From: the human T2T-CHM13v2.0 reference genome, Homo sapiens
DNA: 64,000 nt
NCBI GenBank assembly: GCA_009914755.4
Contig: CP086569.2
Coordinates: 10,464,001 to 10,528,000, forward strand
Direction of reading: 5' to 3'
The notes beneath the pieces were generated by a model. It was given only the letters and a program-made list of their open reading frames with translations, searched no databases and had not been told where the DNA came from. The position numbers and the translations under genes were made by a program. This document shows positions 13,904-32,519 of this stretch, piece after piece (positions within the stretch are counted from its first letter, which is position 1; the number at the start of each line of letters is the position of its first letter).

Positions 13904-14289
13904 CTGTTTGCTCCTCCAAATGCGCAAACACCAATGCAAGTCTATATTATGCCCATTCTAACGGTTCTATTTTAACATAGAACTGGAAGTCCTACATAGA
14001 ATAATTAAGTCATACATCAAATAATTAAGCAAGAAAAACTAAAAGATTCAAATTGAAAAGAAGAAATAACGTCAGTTTGTAGATGACATAATGTTACATA
14101 TAAAAAACATAAATAGTACATTTAAATAATACATTTAATGCATCTATATATAAATAGTGCATCTAATAAATGCACTCAGTAAAGAAGTAGAATATACAAT
14201 TAGCATACAGATATCAGTTTTGTTTCCATATGCTAGCAAAAAACCAGTAAAAAAGAAAAAACAATCTCATTTACAATAGCAATGAAATA

Positions 14290-15189
14290 ATAGATTTCTT
14301 AGCAATAAATTGAACCAATGTGGTGAAAGATCTTTACGATAAAAAATAAAATATATTGATGAAAAAAATTAAAGAAGATACAAATAAATGTAAATATATT
14401 ACATGTTTATGGATTAGAAGAATATTGTCTAAGTGCCATATTATCCAAAGCAATCTGTAGATTAATTTGACTTCCTATCAAAATTCCTGTGTTACTTTTT
14501 ACAGTAATAGAAAATAAAGTCTGCAATGTATAGAAAACTATAAGAAATATTGAATGGCCAAAGCAATCATGAGGAATAAAACGAAATCTGGGGACATTAT
14601 ACTTTATTATTTAAAACTACATTTCAAGACTACAGTAAACATAATAGAATAGAATGTTTATAGGAACCAACACAAAAACCAATGGAACAGAATACAGAGC
14701 CCAGAAGTAAATCTATGCATCTAGAGTTAATCTTTGACAAGGGCACTATGAATACGCAATACAAAAAGTGTAGCCTTTTCAATAGTTAGTGATGGGAAAA
14801 CTGGATACTCACAAGCACAATAATAAAACTTGATCATATTTCTTACATAAGACACAAAAATTGATGTAAAATAAAGACTTAAATTTAATACATAAATCCT
14901 TAAAAGAAAATCTTTAAAAAAGCATATGAAAAGCCTTCATGATACTGGCCTTGGCAGTGTTTTTTAAATATGATATCCAAAGTATAGCAATAAAACCAGA
15001 CACAAAGATGTAGTGTATTAAACTATTGTGCACAGCAAAAAATAAGAAAACATTTAAGATGGGAAAACACTTGCAAACCATATATGATAAGAGGTTAGTA
15101 TTCAAAATATAGCAGAAACTCATAAAAATCAGAAGCTAAACAATAATAATTATAATACCCAACTAAAAAGTAGGCAAAAGACTAAACTT
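14290..15189 (+). mobile_element. L1M (old L1) ORF2 segment, host of the nested L1PA
   Basis: Sense-strand ORF2 remnants (…QWNRIQSPEVN…KLDHISYIRHKN…PTKK*AKD). The same element resumes at 21340 in frame register (…SKYFLQTYSNGQQ = HFSKEDIQMAN). Confidence 0.65.
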
Positions 15190-21338
<6,149 letters not shown>

Positions 21339-21339
21339 G

Positions 21340-22250
21340 AAGAGTAAATATTTTTTACAAACATATTCAAATGGCCAACAGGTGTGTAGAAAGATGCTAA
21401 ACATTACCATTCATGAGAAAATAGCAAATCAAAAGATACCACTTTACAGCAGTTGGAATGGCGAATATCAAAAAAAAGAAACATGACAAGTGTTAATAAG
21501 GATGTGACAAACTATTTCTGTACAGTCTTAATGAGTTGCAAACTGGAAGAGTCATTGTGAAAATTAGTATGCAGGGTATTTTAAAAAATAGAAGTATCGT
21601 ACAATCCTGAAATTCCACTTCTGTCTATAAACAAAATAAAATCAGCATCTCAAAAATTATCTGCACCCTTGTATCCAATGCAGCATTATTCACAACGGTC
21701 AAGGGTATTTTTTTTTAAACAACTTATCTGTAGCTGCTGAATGGATAAGGAAAATGTGGTATAGACAACTGAATATTATTCACCCATAAAAAAAGAATGA
21801 AATTCTGCTATTTCAACAACATGAAGGACCTGGGTACATTATGCTGTGCAAAATAAGCCAGGCACAGAAAGACAAACATTGTATGTTCTCACTTAAATGG
21901 AGAATTTAAAAATCCTGAACTCATGGAAGCAGAGAGTACAATGGTAATGACAAGGCCTGGAGGTAGAAAAAATGATAAGGTGTTCAGAGTACAAACTTTC
22001 AGTTACAAGATAAATAAGTTTTGGGTGTCTAATGTATAGCTTTAAGATGTAGTTAATAACAGTGTTTTGTATGCTTAAAATTTGCTACTACATTAGGAGA
22101 CCTCAAATGTTCTCACTACAAAAAACATAACCATGTAAGGTGACATAAATATACATCAACTTAATTGTATTAAACATTTTACAATATATATACCTATCAA
22201 ACTTTTATAATATACACAATACATAATTATGCAATTTTTATTGGTCAAAA
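21340..22250 (+). mobile_element. L1M 3' portion (continuation of the host element)
   Basis: ORF2 C-terminal remnants (…MEYYS..IKKNEILLF..HEGPGYIMLCK...SHLNGEFKNPELMEAESTMVMTRPGG) and an AT-rich tail. Confidence 0.6.
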
Positions 22251-22352
22251 AATTAATGTTATGTACACATGCATATATTCACATAAGTGTGTATATACAC
22301 AGATATAAAACATATACATATATATCAATTACATATGTTGTTATGTATATAC

Positions 22353-22400
22353 TTGTGTGTGTGTGTGTGTGTGCGTGTGTGTGTGTGTGTATATATATAT
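22353..22400. repeat. (TG)n / (TA)n microsatellite
   Basis: GTGTGTGTGTGTGTGTGCGTGTGTGTGTGTGTGTATATATATAT. Confidence 0.9.
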
Positions 22401-23504
22401 AAATGACAAAATCCTAGTAGGCTTCAAACTAAACAAGAGAAAATTATAAAATAATTATTAAAAATCAAGAAAAAAATGGGTATTTAATACATGCTCAGCA
22501 ATATTCTAAGTTCTTCAATGGCAAAGTACATGTTTTAAATGTAGAAAGTAGATACATTATACCATATTACAGTTTAGGAATTATGGCACAGAGTGTTTAC
22601 AGTATTAGCCTCAATACATACCAAAAACGTAAAATTTTGAAATAAAATAACATTTGGTTTTCTTTTATGGGGCAGAGGCTTAGTGTTCTGATTAAATTAT
22701 TGAGTATGAATTTCTGTAGAATCATATTTGAAACCTTCACAGGATATGAAATTATAAAGCAGAAAACATAGGACATCTGGATGTGGTGTTTCTGGGATTT
22801 CTAAACCTAATCCCAATATCTCCACTACTCTCACACATTTTAGACAAGACTCAAAATGGAAATTAGAAAATGTTTAACAGAGTTCCTTAAAAATCACAGA
22901 CAGCCCCATGTCCTCAAAAGCAATAAAAGAGCAAGAAGTCAGGTCCTCCAGTCCCTTGTAAGCCATGCAAAGGACTTTGATTTTCTTTGTAACCTAGAAG
23001 AACGACCGTTGAAGGGGAAGTCCAGTCCTAGAAAATTGAAGAGCATGGGGCAGAAGATGTCTGTCTCTAATGAAAGCAAGAGAAAGAAATCAGGGCTTCT
23101 TAGAAAAGATTTCCACTGGAGCATAGCTTCGCAAACCACACTTTTTAAGATCTGGCTTTCTCCTTGACCTTTGGTCACCTCATCTGTGTCATCTGCCTTA
23201 TTCACTCCCACCTATTTGGATATTTGGCTACTATCTCCGGTCTCCTCACACTCTGGGGCTTTTTCTTTTACTCAACGTAGGTGATCAGGTTTAGCTTAGA
23301 GAACAGCCAAGGACTCTGTGTTAGAAAAAGTAATATGACTTATGCTGTGATTTTCCAATTAATACTTAGTACTGTGCTCAGTGGAAAAAAACAGAACATT
23401 ATAAAATAGTCTAAAAATGTAATATCAAATACTATTTCCTCACAGAAACGTTATGATATTTAAAAACTTTTCTAAATTTGTGGGTCCTTAGCTCCACGAC
23501 CCAG

Positions 23505-23640
23505 TGCTGCTGAATCAAAACTTGGTGGTGGTTGGCTGTGCATGGTGACTCACACCGCTGATCACAGCACTTTGGGAGGCCAAGGCAGGCAAATCACTTA
23601 AGCCCAGGAGTTTGAGGCCAGCCTGGGCAACATGGTGAGA
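23505..23640 (+). mobile_element. Alu partial (left arm)
   Basis: GGCTGTGCATGGTGACTCACACCGCTGATCACAGCACTTTGGGAGGCCAAGGCAGG...CAACATGGTGAGACC. Confidence 0.7.
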
Positions 23641-24479
23641 CCTAGTCTACTGGCTGAGGGTGGGGAGGAGGGGGAAAGTTGGTGGTAATGGGAGGTGGTA
23701 ATGCGATTATAAGGTGTGGGCAACCATATTTTGTGCCTCTAAATTTGTGGAGTTACCACTAATCTAAAATTAAGGATACAGATCAGCTGAAGAAAGAAAA
23801 AGATTAATGTCGAGATAAAACTTCCTTGTGGGGGTCCGCAGCTGCAATACCACCAGGCGGCAGCATCCCACCTCTTTCACCCGGCTGCAGCCCCACCAGG
23901 AGCCGGGCTCCAGTCGGGGCGCTGCGGCAGGTACTAGACCCGGAAGGCGAAGGCGCGGATTTCCTGCCCTCCGGGGTGTCTTCCTGCTCCGAGGACCCCA
24001 GGCAATTCAATTCATTCATCAAGCTCCGCCTCATCTGTCCAAGCTGGGGCAGCATGTCCCACAGTCGCCAGCCAAGGCCTCTGCTCCAGAACCCATGGGC
24101 TGCTTTCCTGAGGGGAAGGACATTGTCTTCACCAGCCACAAAAAAATCCGTTCCTTTGCACCCTGTTTCCCATTGCCACCGACTTCGTGTAAACTCTAGT
24201 CCGGAGGACACGAGAGAGACACAGGCCTGGCCCCATGGACATGCTCAGTGCCACGGCTTCCAGCAGTTGGACGGGTGAACTCTACAAATCTCGGGGCCCA
24301 TCGCACCAAGGAGACAGAAAGAAGCAAACAAAGGAAGGACCCTATGAAATGCACCCCCAAAGCAACCAACCAATCCAAGAAAAAAAAAAACACCTCTCAG
24401 GGATCCGTTGGTTTTCCCACGTGGGCGGCCCTGATCCCCTGTTCTAGCCTGGCCCAAGCACCCTCCACCTCACCCCGGC

Positions 24480-24860
24480 CTGCTCAAAGTGTCCTGTCCA
24501 CTTCAGCAGAACCTCCCTCTCCAAGTCTCTGTCTCCCTCGCTCTACAACTCCCTCACCCTCTCCCTTTCTCTACTTCCTCCTTCAGCTTCGGCTCTCTCC
24601 CCCTCCACCTTTCTCTCTCTCCCCCCATTTCTATCTCTCCATCCCGGTCTCCCTAGCTCTCTTTCAAGCTGTGTCTGTGTCTTTTTTCTGTATGTCCTTA
24701 TGTCTGTGTCAGTGTGTCCATGTGTCTGTGTGTGTTTGTGTGTCCGTGTGTGTGTGTCTGAGTGTCCGTCCGTGTGTGTCCGTGTGTGTGCGTGTGTGCC
24801 TGTGCACGTGCACCCGTGTGTATCTGTGTGTGTGTCGAGGTGGGTTTGCTCGTGGTGGTG
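24480..24860. repeat. CT-rich low complexity (24480-24700), then an imperfect GT-rich / GTGTCC repeat (24700-24860)
   Basis: CTCCCTCTCC...TCTCTCTCCCC, then GTGTCCATGTGTCTGTGTGTGTTTGTGTGTCCGTGTGTGTGTG... Confidence 0.7.
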
Positions 24861-25315
24861 GTGTGCTGTGTCTGGGTGTCCGTCAGCCCCTCTTTCCCAG
24901 GATCAGGCTGCCGGGGCTCTAGTGCCAGCGTGGTGCAAAGCAGGGCCTTCCTGTCCCATTGGCCACGGGTGGGTCCTCATCAGGAGAAGCGATGATGGTG
25001 TGGGCATTGTGAGAAAAAGAGCCCGCGGGGCTGGGCTGGCTGTTTGCCCCTAGGCAGCCCTGGCAGCTCTGGGTGTGTGGGGCAAGAGGGGGCCTTGCAG
25101 GAGGGGTGGCGAGGGATCCAAAACAATTTTTCCATGGCAAGGCGGAGGACCAGAGGGGATCCCAGTACTGTGGGCCCCGCACCCTGATGCCTCCGAGCAC
25201 ACCCTGTCCTGAGCCGGCCAGATGTGTTGGAAGCTCAGGAGCTCGCGAGCTGGGGGAAGGCCTGGAGTGTCAGCGAAAGGGAGACCGCCTGGTGGGCCTG
25301 GACCCTGGGCAGGGG

Positions 25316-26868
25316 ACTGAGGCATCATGTCCTGATGACGGATTCCTGTTTCCTGCAACATGGGGAGTCTCCAAAATGGCCTGTTTTGAAACTGGAAAGG
25401 AGACCGAAGACACGATGCTGCTTTTCCACGATTCGCTAGAGGTAACAGTCAACATGGTTACACTTTCGGGGGCCAGAGACACGTGAGCAACAGGCCCCCT
25501 TGCAGAGGGCAAAGGAACATGGAATCCGGAATCATTGTTCACTCGGCTTGAGTGTGACTCCTGTGTGGATGGGAGTATCTGCCTCGCGATCTGTTGCAGG
25601 CTCAGCGTGGGGATATGTCATCTGTGAACCATGTGGATGAAAAACGGACAACCATTCGAGTCTTGGCTCTGCTCTTTGGGGAATTCGCTCATTCCTTGGG
25701 AGGTGGAATTCATCTGAATCGCTCCCTGATGAACTAACCTAGGCTGGCAATCCCGAGGGCCGGTAAGCGCACCGCCAGCCGACACGGCCGTGGGCCCAGC
25801 ACTCAGCCTGCACTGGGCACCCAACATTTTCCCGGATTTCGAGGTCCTGCTGGTCCTGGAGGCAGAAGACCACTTTTCTCTTTGCCTTCCTTTCTCTGTT
25901 TCTTGCTCCTTTTCTCCTTCTGTCCCTCCTTCCCTCTGTTCTTCCTTCTTTCCCTCTCTCCCTCCCTGTCTCCCTCCCTCCCTCTGTTCTTCTCTCCTTC
26001 CCTCTCTCCCTCCATCCATACCTCCCTTTCTCCCTCCTTCCCTCCCTCCCTTCCTCCCTTCCAAGGTCCTCCTTTCATCCGTCCTTTCCTCCCTCTGTCC
26101 CTCTCTCTCACTTTGTCTCCGTTCCTTTCCCCATCTCTGCCTGGCTTTCCTCCAACCTAGAAAGGTCAGAACCACGGTTTGCACGAGATCTCGGGGTCTA
26201 CATTTAGTTGCCGGGCACTCCACGTGATGCCAAGGAGGATGGCGGCGCACGGGTGGGCACGGGAGGGTGGAGCGGGGAGGTAGTGGAGTTGAGCTGCGGA
26301 AAGGAGAAGAGGCCTGGCCACTGCCCAGGCCAGTGTTTCCTGGGGTGGAGGTCTCACCCTACATCACTGAAGAACGCGGGGGCGGGGGGGTGTAAGCCGT
26401 GTGGGAGCAGGGGAAGTGATGAGAGTCCTGCCTGGGCTGGTCCCAAACCCTAGCCGGCCGCCCGCGGACCCACGCATGAGCAGCAGACAGCCCATCTCTG
26501 AGTACCTGGGCTGGCTCTGAAATCCTTGGGATGCTCAGCAAAGAATGACAGACCTCCTTTCTGTGGAGTCTCTCGCCGGACCTGGACTCAGGGATCCTAG
26601 ACAAGTCAGCTGGAAGGGAAGACACAGGTTTCCATACCGAGCCAGAGGTTCACCGCGAAAGAGGGAGCCACCGCCCTGCCCCCACCAGGTCCCAACCCTG
26701 CGTCCTAAAGCTCCTCCAGCTGAGCTCAGTGTTCTTCTAGGCTGAGGAGTGGTTCCAGAAAAGCGGGCTTTTCCAAGTCCTTCAACTCCCCCAGTAGCTC
26801 CGTTGCTAGGAAAGGTTGTGCCTTTTGCTGAAATTCTGGGGTCGACAGAAGCTCATCTAACAGGGTGT
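25316..26868 (+). repeat. Segmental duplicate copy A (~1.55 kb), GC-rich with an internal (CCCT/CTTC)n polypyrimidine tract at 25880-26110
   Basis: Colinear with 29678-31180 from ...GACGGATTCCTGTTTCCTGCAACATGGGGAGTCTCC through CCTGCACTGGGCACCCAACATTTTCC to ...GACAGAAGCTCATCTAACAG. I estimate about 85% identity by eye. Confidence 0.8.
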
Positions 26869-27092
26869 ATGCGAGTACAGATGAAGACTCCAGCTCCTGG
26901 AGCTGTTGGGAGGGTGCCTGGATGGCTTACATCTGCTCCTGACACGCAGAGGCCTCCATGGGCGCGAGCTGCGGAGGTAGATGTGCCTCGGATTCATGTT
27001 CCCACGTGCCCTGGTGACCTGTGGACCCTGGCCGCAGACCCAGTACGGACTCATGTGGGACATGTGAGGCGCAAGCACACCTTGCCCCTGTG

Positions 27093-27270
27093 ACTCAGCC
27101 TGAGTGGCTCAAGTTGTCCCACTGAGTACGCACCCAGAAGGCTGCCATGCTGCTGGTCCTGGTCCCTCTGCCATCTGTTTGACTCAGCCTGAGAGGCCCA
27201 AGCTGTCCCATTGAGCACCCACCCAGAAAGCCACCGTACTACGGGTCCTGGACCTCCTGCCATCTGTTCG
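27093..27270. repeat. Direct tandem duplication, ~88 bp x 2
   Basis: TGACTCAGCCTGAGTGGCTCAAGTTGTCCCACTGAGTACGCACCCAGAAGGCTGCCATG...CCATCTGTT is followed by TGACTCAGCCTGAGAGGCCCAAGCTGTCCCATTGAGCACCCACCCAGAAAGCCACCGTA...CCATCTGTT. Confidence 0.8.
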
Positions 27271-29028
27271 GATGCGGAGGTCACCCAGGTGACTGAGGGT
27301 AGGACAGTGCCACTTCCGAAGGAGCCAGGGCAGCAAACCCAAAATCCCCATGTGCCACGGCAAGTTGGGAGATTCCTTCTGCCTGCAAAGCCTGGCTGGG
27401 CTGCAGCAGAGGGGTGACCTTTGCTGTCTGGCTCACGAAAGCCCCCTGTTCCCCACTCCCTGGCGTGGGTGAAGGCGACCAAGGAGGGAGGGTGACACCC
27501 CCGGTGGGCCACGTTGCACAGGCCGTGTGCGTGTGCAGGTTCCCTGCCACCCTGGCATGGATACCTGGACCTTCGATTATGACATGAAATCTGAATCCTG
27601 GACTCCAAAATGCCGGTCTCTCTGTCCAGTTCGGGTACAGGTTCTGCTCAAAGCATGCTGGCAGGACATCTTTTTCATTCAGGTTACAAATGAGTCTCCT
27701 TCGCCATCCTTGTCCTCAGGCTTCTGCGGGGAATGGGCTGTCAGAAGGTGTCGGGAGAGCCATCGCGAGGGCACCTGGCCAGAATTTCACAGACAGACAT
27801 GGGCAGAGAGAGGCCGGCGGCTCCCGTGTGCCTCAATTGGCCTCTGTGCTTCACGCAGGTCCAGTCAGGAGTCCGACCCCGCCAGTGGCCCTTATAAAGA
27901 CCCACCAGCTTCACCCCCTCAAGAATATGCATGAGCACCCAAGGGCCCTGGGTAATGGCCCTCTGAAGGGTCCAGAAACCACAGACACAGGGCCTTGTGT
28001 GGTAGGTGAAGGTGGGGCCAGATCATCTGGGAAAGGAGGGCTTCTGGGGCTGTCTCCCTGAGTTCTCCAGAATTCTACGGAAACTGGAAGTTTCTCTGTG
28101 GGCTCACACACGATTTCAGGGAGAAACCACCCTGGAAGGGTGTAGTGTGGAACTGAACCTCCATGATAGTCTTGAGTTTTCCAGGCCCTCTCCGTGAAGG
28201 CGGCAATGCCTGTGGGTGTCGCTGTTGCCGTGATAGTCTCACACACGCAGGTGTGTGGATCTCATTCATTTTCTTTTTTTATTTTAACTTTTTATTTCTA
28301 CCTCTTAAAGTCAATGATAAAGTCACAGCTACTTACAGCCATCTAAGAAAGTGGCCTTACTCATGCTCATTCACTCGTTCTGTGGCCTATCAAGAGTCAC
28401 ACGTAACAATGGTTTTCCTTTTTTAAAAAAACCAAATACTTTATACAGTGAACTATAGAAAAAAACAATTCTAAATATACTTTAAAAATTCTAGAGAGTT
28501 AAGGTAACCTCATTTTTTAAAATACTGAAAATGTAAAGGGTCCATATAAAGAGTTGTATTAAGTACATACTTCCTATTTTAATAATTCACTTGCTGTGTT
28601 CTTAAAATCTCTATGAGAGAAGCAGATATTTTATTCATGTCTTTTGGCAAGAGATTCAAAAGCAAAAGTAGAAGGGCTGTAAAATTTCATAAAATTTGTG
28701 GGATTTTTAAAAGCTAAATTATTCAATATTTTGTATGGTTATCACACTCATATATCGCCTGGAATATATATACAGCAACCCAACAACAGTGATTGCAACA
28801 AAAGTAAGATAAATAGGTCTACAAAGCATTTGATTTCCTTATTAGATAAATGAAGTTTTCATAGAGGAAGTGCAAATTCAGATCAGGTTACATAAGCTTA
28901 ACAATTATTCAAACCTTATATAAAATTAAATCTAACCCTCACCACTACAAATCTGTAAGGAATCACTGTCAGGAATCTACAGGACTTGGCTCATATTTAC
29001 ATTGGACACACACTTAGAAATTTCATAA

Positions 29029-29490
29029 ATGATGAGATGCAGGCCAAGGGTATTCCTCAAAGGGCTCCACCCAAAAGGAAAAGAAAGAGAGTTAAACAGA
29101 GAATTACCACACGTATTTGTGGGTAATCAGCTTATTCCTCAGCCTCTAGACAGTGAGGAGGATGAAAAAATGGAAGAAGATAGTAAAGAAGAGGAAGAAA
29201 AAGATCACAGTGAAGCGATGAAGCCAGAGGAGCCACCTCAAAATTTACTGAGAGAAAAAATCATGAAACTGCCCCTCCCTGAATCTTTAAAAGCTTACTT
29301 GACATATTTTAGAGACAAATAACTTAGATCAAGAAGAAAGAATGACTACTGATAATTCCTTTAGTCTTGAAAATGTAGCATTTGTTAGGAATTAAAAGAA
29401 TTATTTATTTCATCAGAGCAAATTATAGTGGAAAAACTATCACTTGTTACTGTCAGTAACATAAATGATGTATTGAGTGAATAAAAGAAT
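29029..29490 (+). other. Unidentified gene-fragment-like sequence: acidic C-terminal ORF (97 aa), stop, ~160-nt 3'UTR-like tail with AATAAA
   Basis: The ORF ends ...EEDEKMEEDSKEEEEKDHSEAMKPEEPPQNLLREKIMKLPLPESLKAYLTYFRDK*. AATAAAAG lies at about 29478. I do not recognise a parent gene. Confidence 0.3.
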
Positions 29491-29677
29491 CCCTTTTATA
29501 AAATCTATTTTTCTTTATATCTTGGAAAATTGTTGTTTCACCTCAGAGTGATTTCAAAGTGGAATGTAACAGTAGTGAAGACTTGTGTGCTATAAATCCT
29601 TTTGTGATTCCTTATGGATCTCGTTCATTTTCATGTAGAAAACAAAGGCGAAACTACAGAGAAAAGAAACGCCTGGT

Positions 29678-31180
29678 GCATCACGGCCTGACGATGGATT
29701 CCTGTTTCCTGCAATATGGGGAGTCTCCACTTATGGCCTGTTTCCCAACAGGAAACTGGAAAGGAAAGTGAAGACACGGTGCTGCTTTTCCACGCTTCTC
29801 TGGAGGTTTCTGTGTCCCCACAGAGCTCGGGAAACAAACAATCAACATGGTCACGCTTTGGGGGCCAGAGACGCATGAGCAACAGGCCCCCTTGCAGAAG
29901 GCAAAGGAATGTGGAACCCAAAACCACGCTTCAGTCGGCCAGAATGTGACTCCTATGTGGACGGGACTATCCACCTCGCGATCCGTTGCAGGCTCAACGT
30001 GGGGCTATCTCATCTGTGAACCATGTGGATGAAAAATGGACAATCACCCGAGTCTCGGCTCATTGCTCTCTGGGCAATTCCCTCATTCCTTGGGAGAGGA
30101 AATTCTTCTGAATCGCTCCCGGATGAAGTAACCCAGGCTGGCGATCCAGAGGGCCAGTGAGAGCCCCACAGGCCGACGCGGCTGTGGGCCGAGCACTTAG
30201 CCTGCACTGGGCACCCAACATTTTCCGGAGTGCGAGATCCTGCTGGTCCTGGAGGCAGAAGACTGCTTTTCTCTCTGCCTTCCTCTCTCTGTTTCTTGCT
30301 CCCTCCCTCCCTCTTTCCCTCCGTCCCTCCCTCAGTTCCTCCCTTCCTCCCTTCCTCCCTCCCTCCGTCCCTGTCTCCTTCCTTCTATCCCTCCATCCTT
30401 TCCAAGGTCCCTCGGTCCATCCGTTCTTTCCTCCCTCCATCGCTCCCTCTCTCTCTGTCTCCGTTCATCTCTCCATCTCTGCGTGAATTCTCTCCCGCAT
30501 AGAAAGGGCAGCACCCCGGCTTGGGCGGGGTCTCTGGTCTGCATTTAGCTGTCAGGCGCTCCACGGTGATGCCGAGGAAGCTAGCGGGGCAAGGGTAGGC
30601 TAGTGACGGTGGGGAGGGGAGGCAGAGGTTTCGAGACACGGAAGGAAGAGCAGGCCTGGCGTCTGCCCGTGCCAGTGTTTCCCGGGATGGAGGTCTCCGC
30701 CCGCCCCACTGAAGAACGAGGTGGGGGGCAAGAGGGAAGGGATGAGAGCTCTACCTAGGCTAGTTAGAAAACCTAGGCTGCTGCCTGCTAACCCGCGCAT
30801 GAGCAGTAGACAGTCCGCCTCCCAGTACCTGGACAGGCCCTGGGATCCCCGGGATGCTCAGAAAAGAATGACAGCCTGCCTCTGAGTGGAGTCCCTCATG
30901 GGACCTGGAACTCAGGGACCCTAGGCAGGTCAGCTGGAAGGGAAGACACGCCTCTCCATATCGAGTGAGAGGTTCACCGCAAAAGAGAGGCCTTCGCACT
31001 GCCCCTACCCCGCCCCAACCCCGCGTCCTAAAGCTCCTCCAGCACAGCCAAGTGTTCTTCCTGGCTGAGGAATGGTTCTAGCGGAGTGGGCTCTTCCACG
31101 TCCTTCAGCTCCCCCAGTGGCGCCGGATCTGGGAAAGGTTGTGCTGCTTTGCCCCAGCCACTTTGACCCAACGTGGAGCT
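29678..31180 (+). repeat. Segmental duplicate copy B (~1.5 kb), with a polypyrimidine tract at 30270-30470
   Basis: See copy A; the two copies sit 4.36 kb apart. Confidence 0.8.
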
Positions 31181-32337
31181 CACAAAAACATGTGTTGTAT
31201 GAAATCAAGGTTTAAGGGATCTAGGGCTGTGCAGGATATGCCTTGTTAACAAAATGTTTACAAGCAGTGTACTTGGTAAAAGTCATTGCCATTCTCTAGT
31301 CTCAACAAACGAGGGGCACAATGCACTGCAGAAAGCCGCAGGGACCTCTGCCCTTGAAAGCAGGGTATTGTCTAAGTTTTCTCCCCATGTGATAGTCTGA
31401 AATATGACCTCGTGGGATGAGAAAGACCTGACTGTCCCCCAGCCCGACACCCGTAAAGGGTCTGTGCTGAGGTGGATTAGTAAAAGAGGAAAGCCTCTTG
31501 CAGTTGAGATAGAGGAAGGCCACTGTCTCTTCGCTGCCCCTGGGAATTGAATGTCTCAGTATAAAACCCGATTGTACATTTGTTCAATTCTGAGATAGGA
31601 GAAACACTGCCCTATTGTGGGAGGTGAGACATGTTTGCAGTAATGCTGGTTTGTTATTCTTTATTCCACTGAGATGTTTGGGTGGAAAGAAACATAAATC
31701 TGGCTTACATGCACGTCCAGTCATAGTACCTTCCCTTGAACTTAATTATGACATAGATTTTTTTGCTCCTGTGTTTTTTGCTGACCTTCTCCTTATTATC
31801 ACCCTGCTCTCCTACTACATTCCCTTTTGCTGAAATAATAAAAATAATAACCAATAAAAACTGAGGGATCTCAGAGGCCGGCGCTGGTTCAGGTCCTTGG
31901 TGTATGCTGAGTGCCAGTCCCCTGGGCCTACTGTTGTTTCTCTATACTTTTTCTCTGTGTCTTAATTCTTTTCTCAGTCTCTCATCCCACCTGACTAGAA
32001 ATACCCACAAGTCGGGAAGGGTAGGCCACCCCTTCACTCACCAGCAAAAAGATTATGACTTGGTAAAGCTCAGATATTCATTAGTATTTTTCAGCAATAA
32101 GGTATTTTAAGTTAAGGTATGTACATAGTTTTTTAGACATAATGTGATTACTAATTAATTAATTAATAATTATTAAATACTCATTAGACTACAACATAGT
32201 TTAAGCATAACTTTTATAAACACTGGGAAACAAAATGTTAATGTGACTAACTTGATTGTAACATTTGCCTTATTGTGGTTGTCTGGAACGAAACCCACAC
32301 TATCTCTGAGTATGCTTGTAGGTTTTTGGTTGTTCTT

Positions 32338-32487
32338 TGTTTTGAGATGGGGTTTCACTCTGTCACCCAGGCCAGAGTGCAGTGGCATGATCATAGCTCA
32401 CTGCAGCCTCAAACAGCTGGGTCAAGTGACTGTTCTACCACAGCCTCCTGAGTAGCTGGGACTACAGGCATGCAGCACTATGTCTGG
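32338..32487 (-). mobile_element. Alu partial (3' half)
   Basis: GAGATGGGGTTTCACTCTGTCACCCAGGCCAGAGTGCAGTGGCATGATCATAGCTCACTGCAGCC... Confidence 0.8.
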
Positions 32488-32488
32488 C

Positions 32489-32519
<31 letters not shown>

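Noticed and set aside
24248-24922. 224-aa plus-strand ORF
   Set aside because: It spans CT-rich and GT-rich low-complexity tracts; the composition is an artefact (poly-S/P/C/V).
25618-26250. 210-aa minus-strand ORF rich in E/R/G/K and 145-aa plus-strand P/S/L ORF
   Set aside because: Complement and sense readings of the (CCCT/CTTC)n polypyrimidine tract inside duplicate block A.
26836-26850. GGGGTCGACAG, resembling the Pol I Sal-box terminator core (GGGTCGACCAG)
   Set aside because: An 8/11 match in GC-rich sequence is expected by chance. It is not conserved in the paralogous position of block B, and there is no adjacent T-stretch or repeated boxes.
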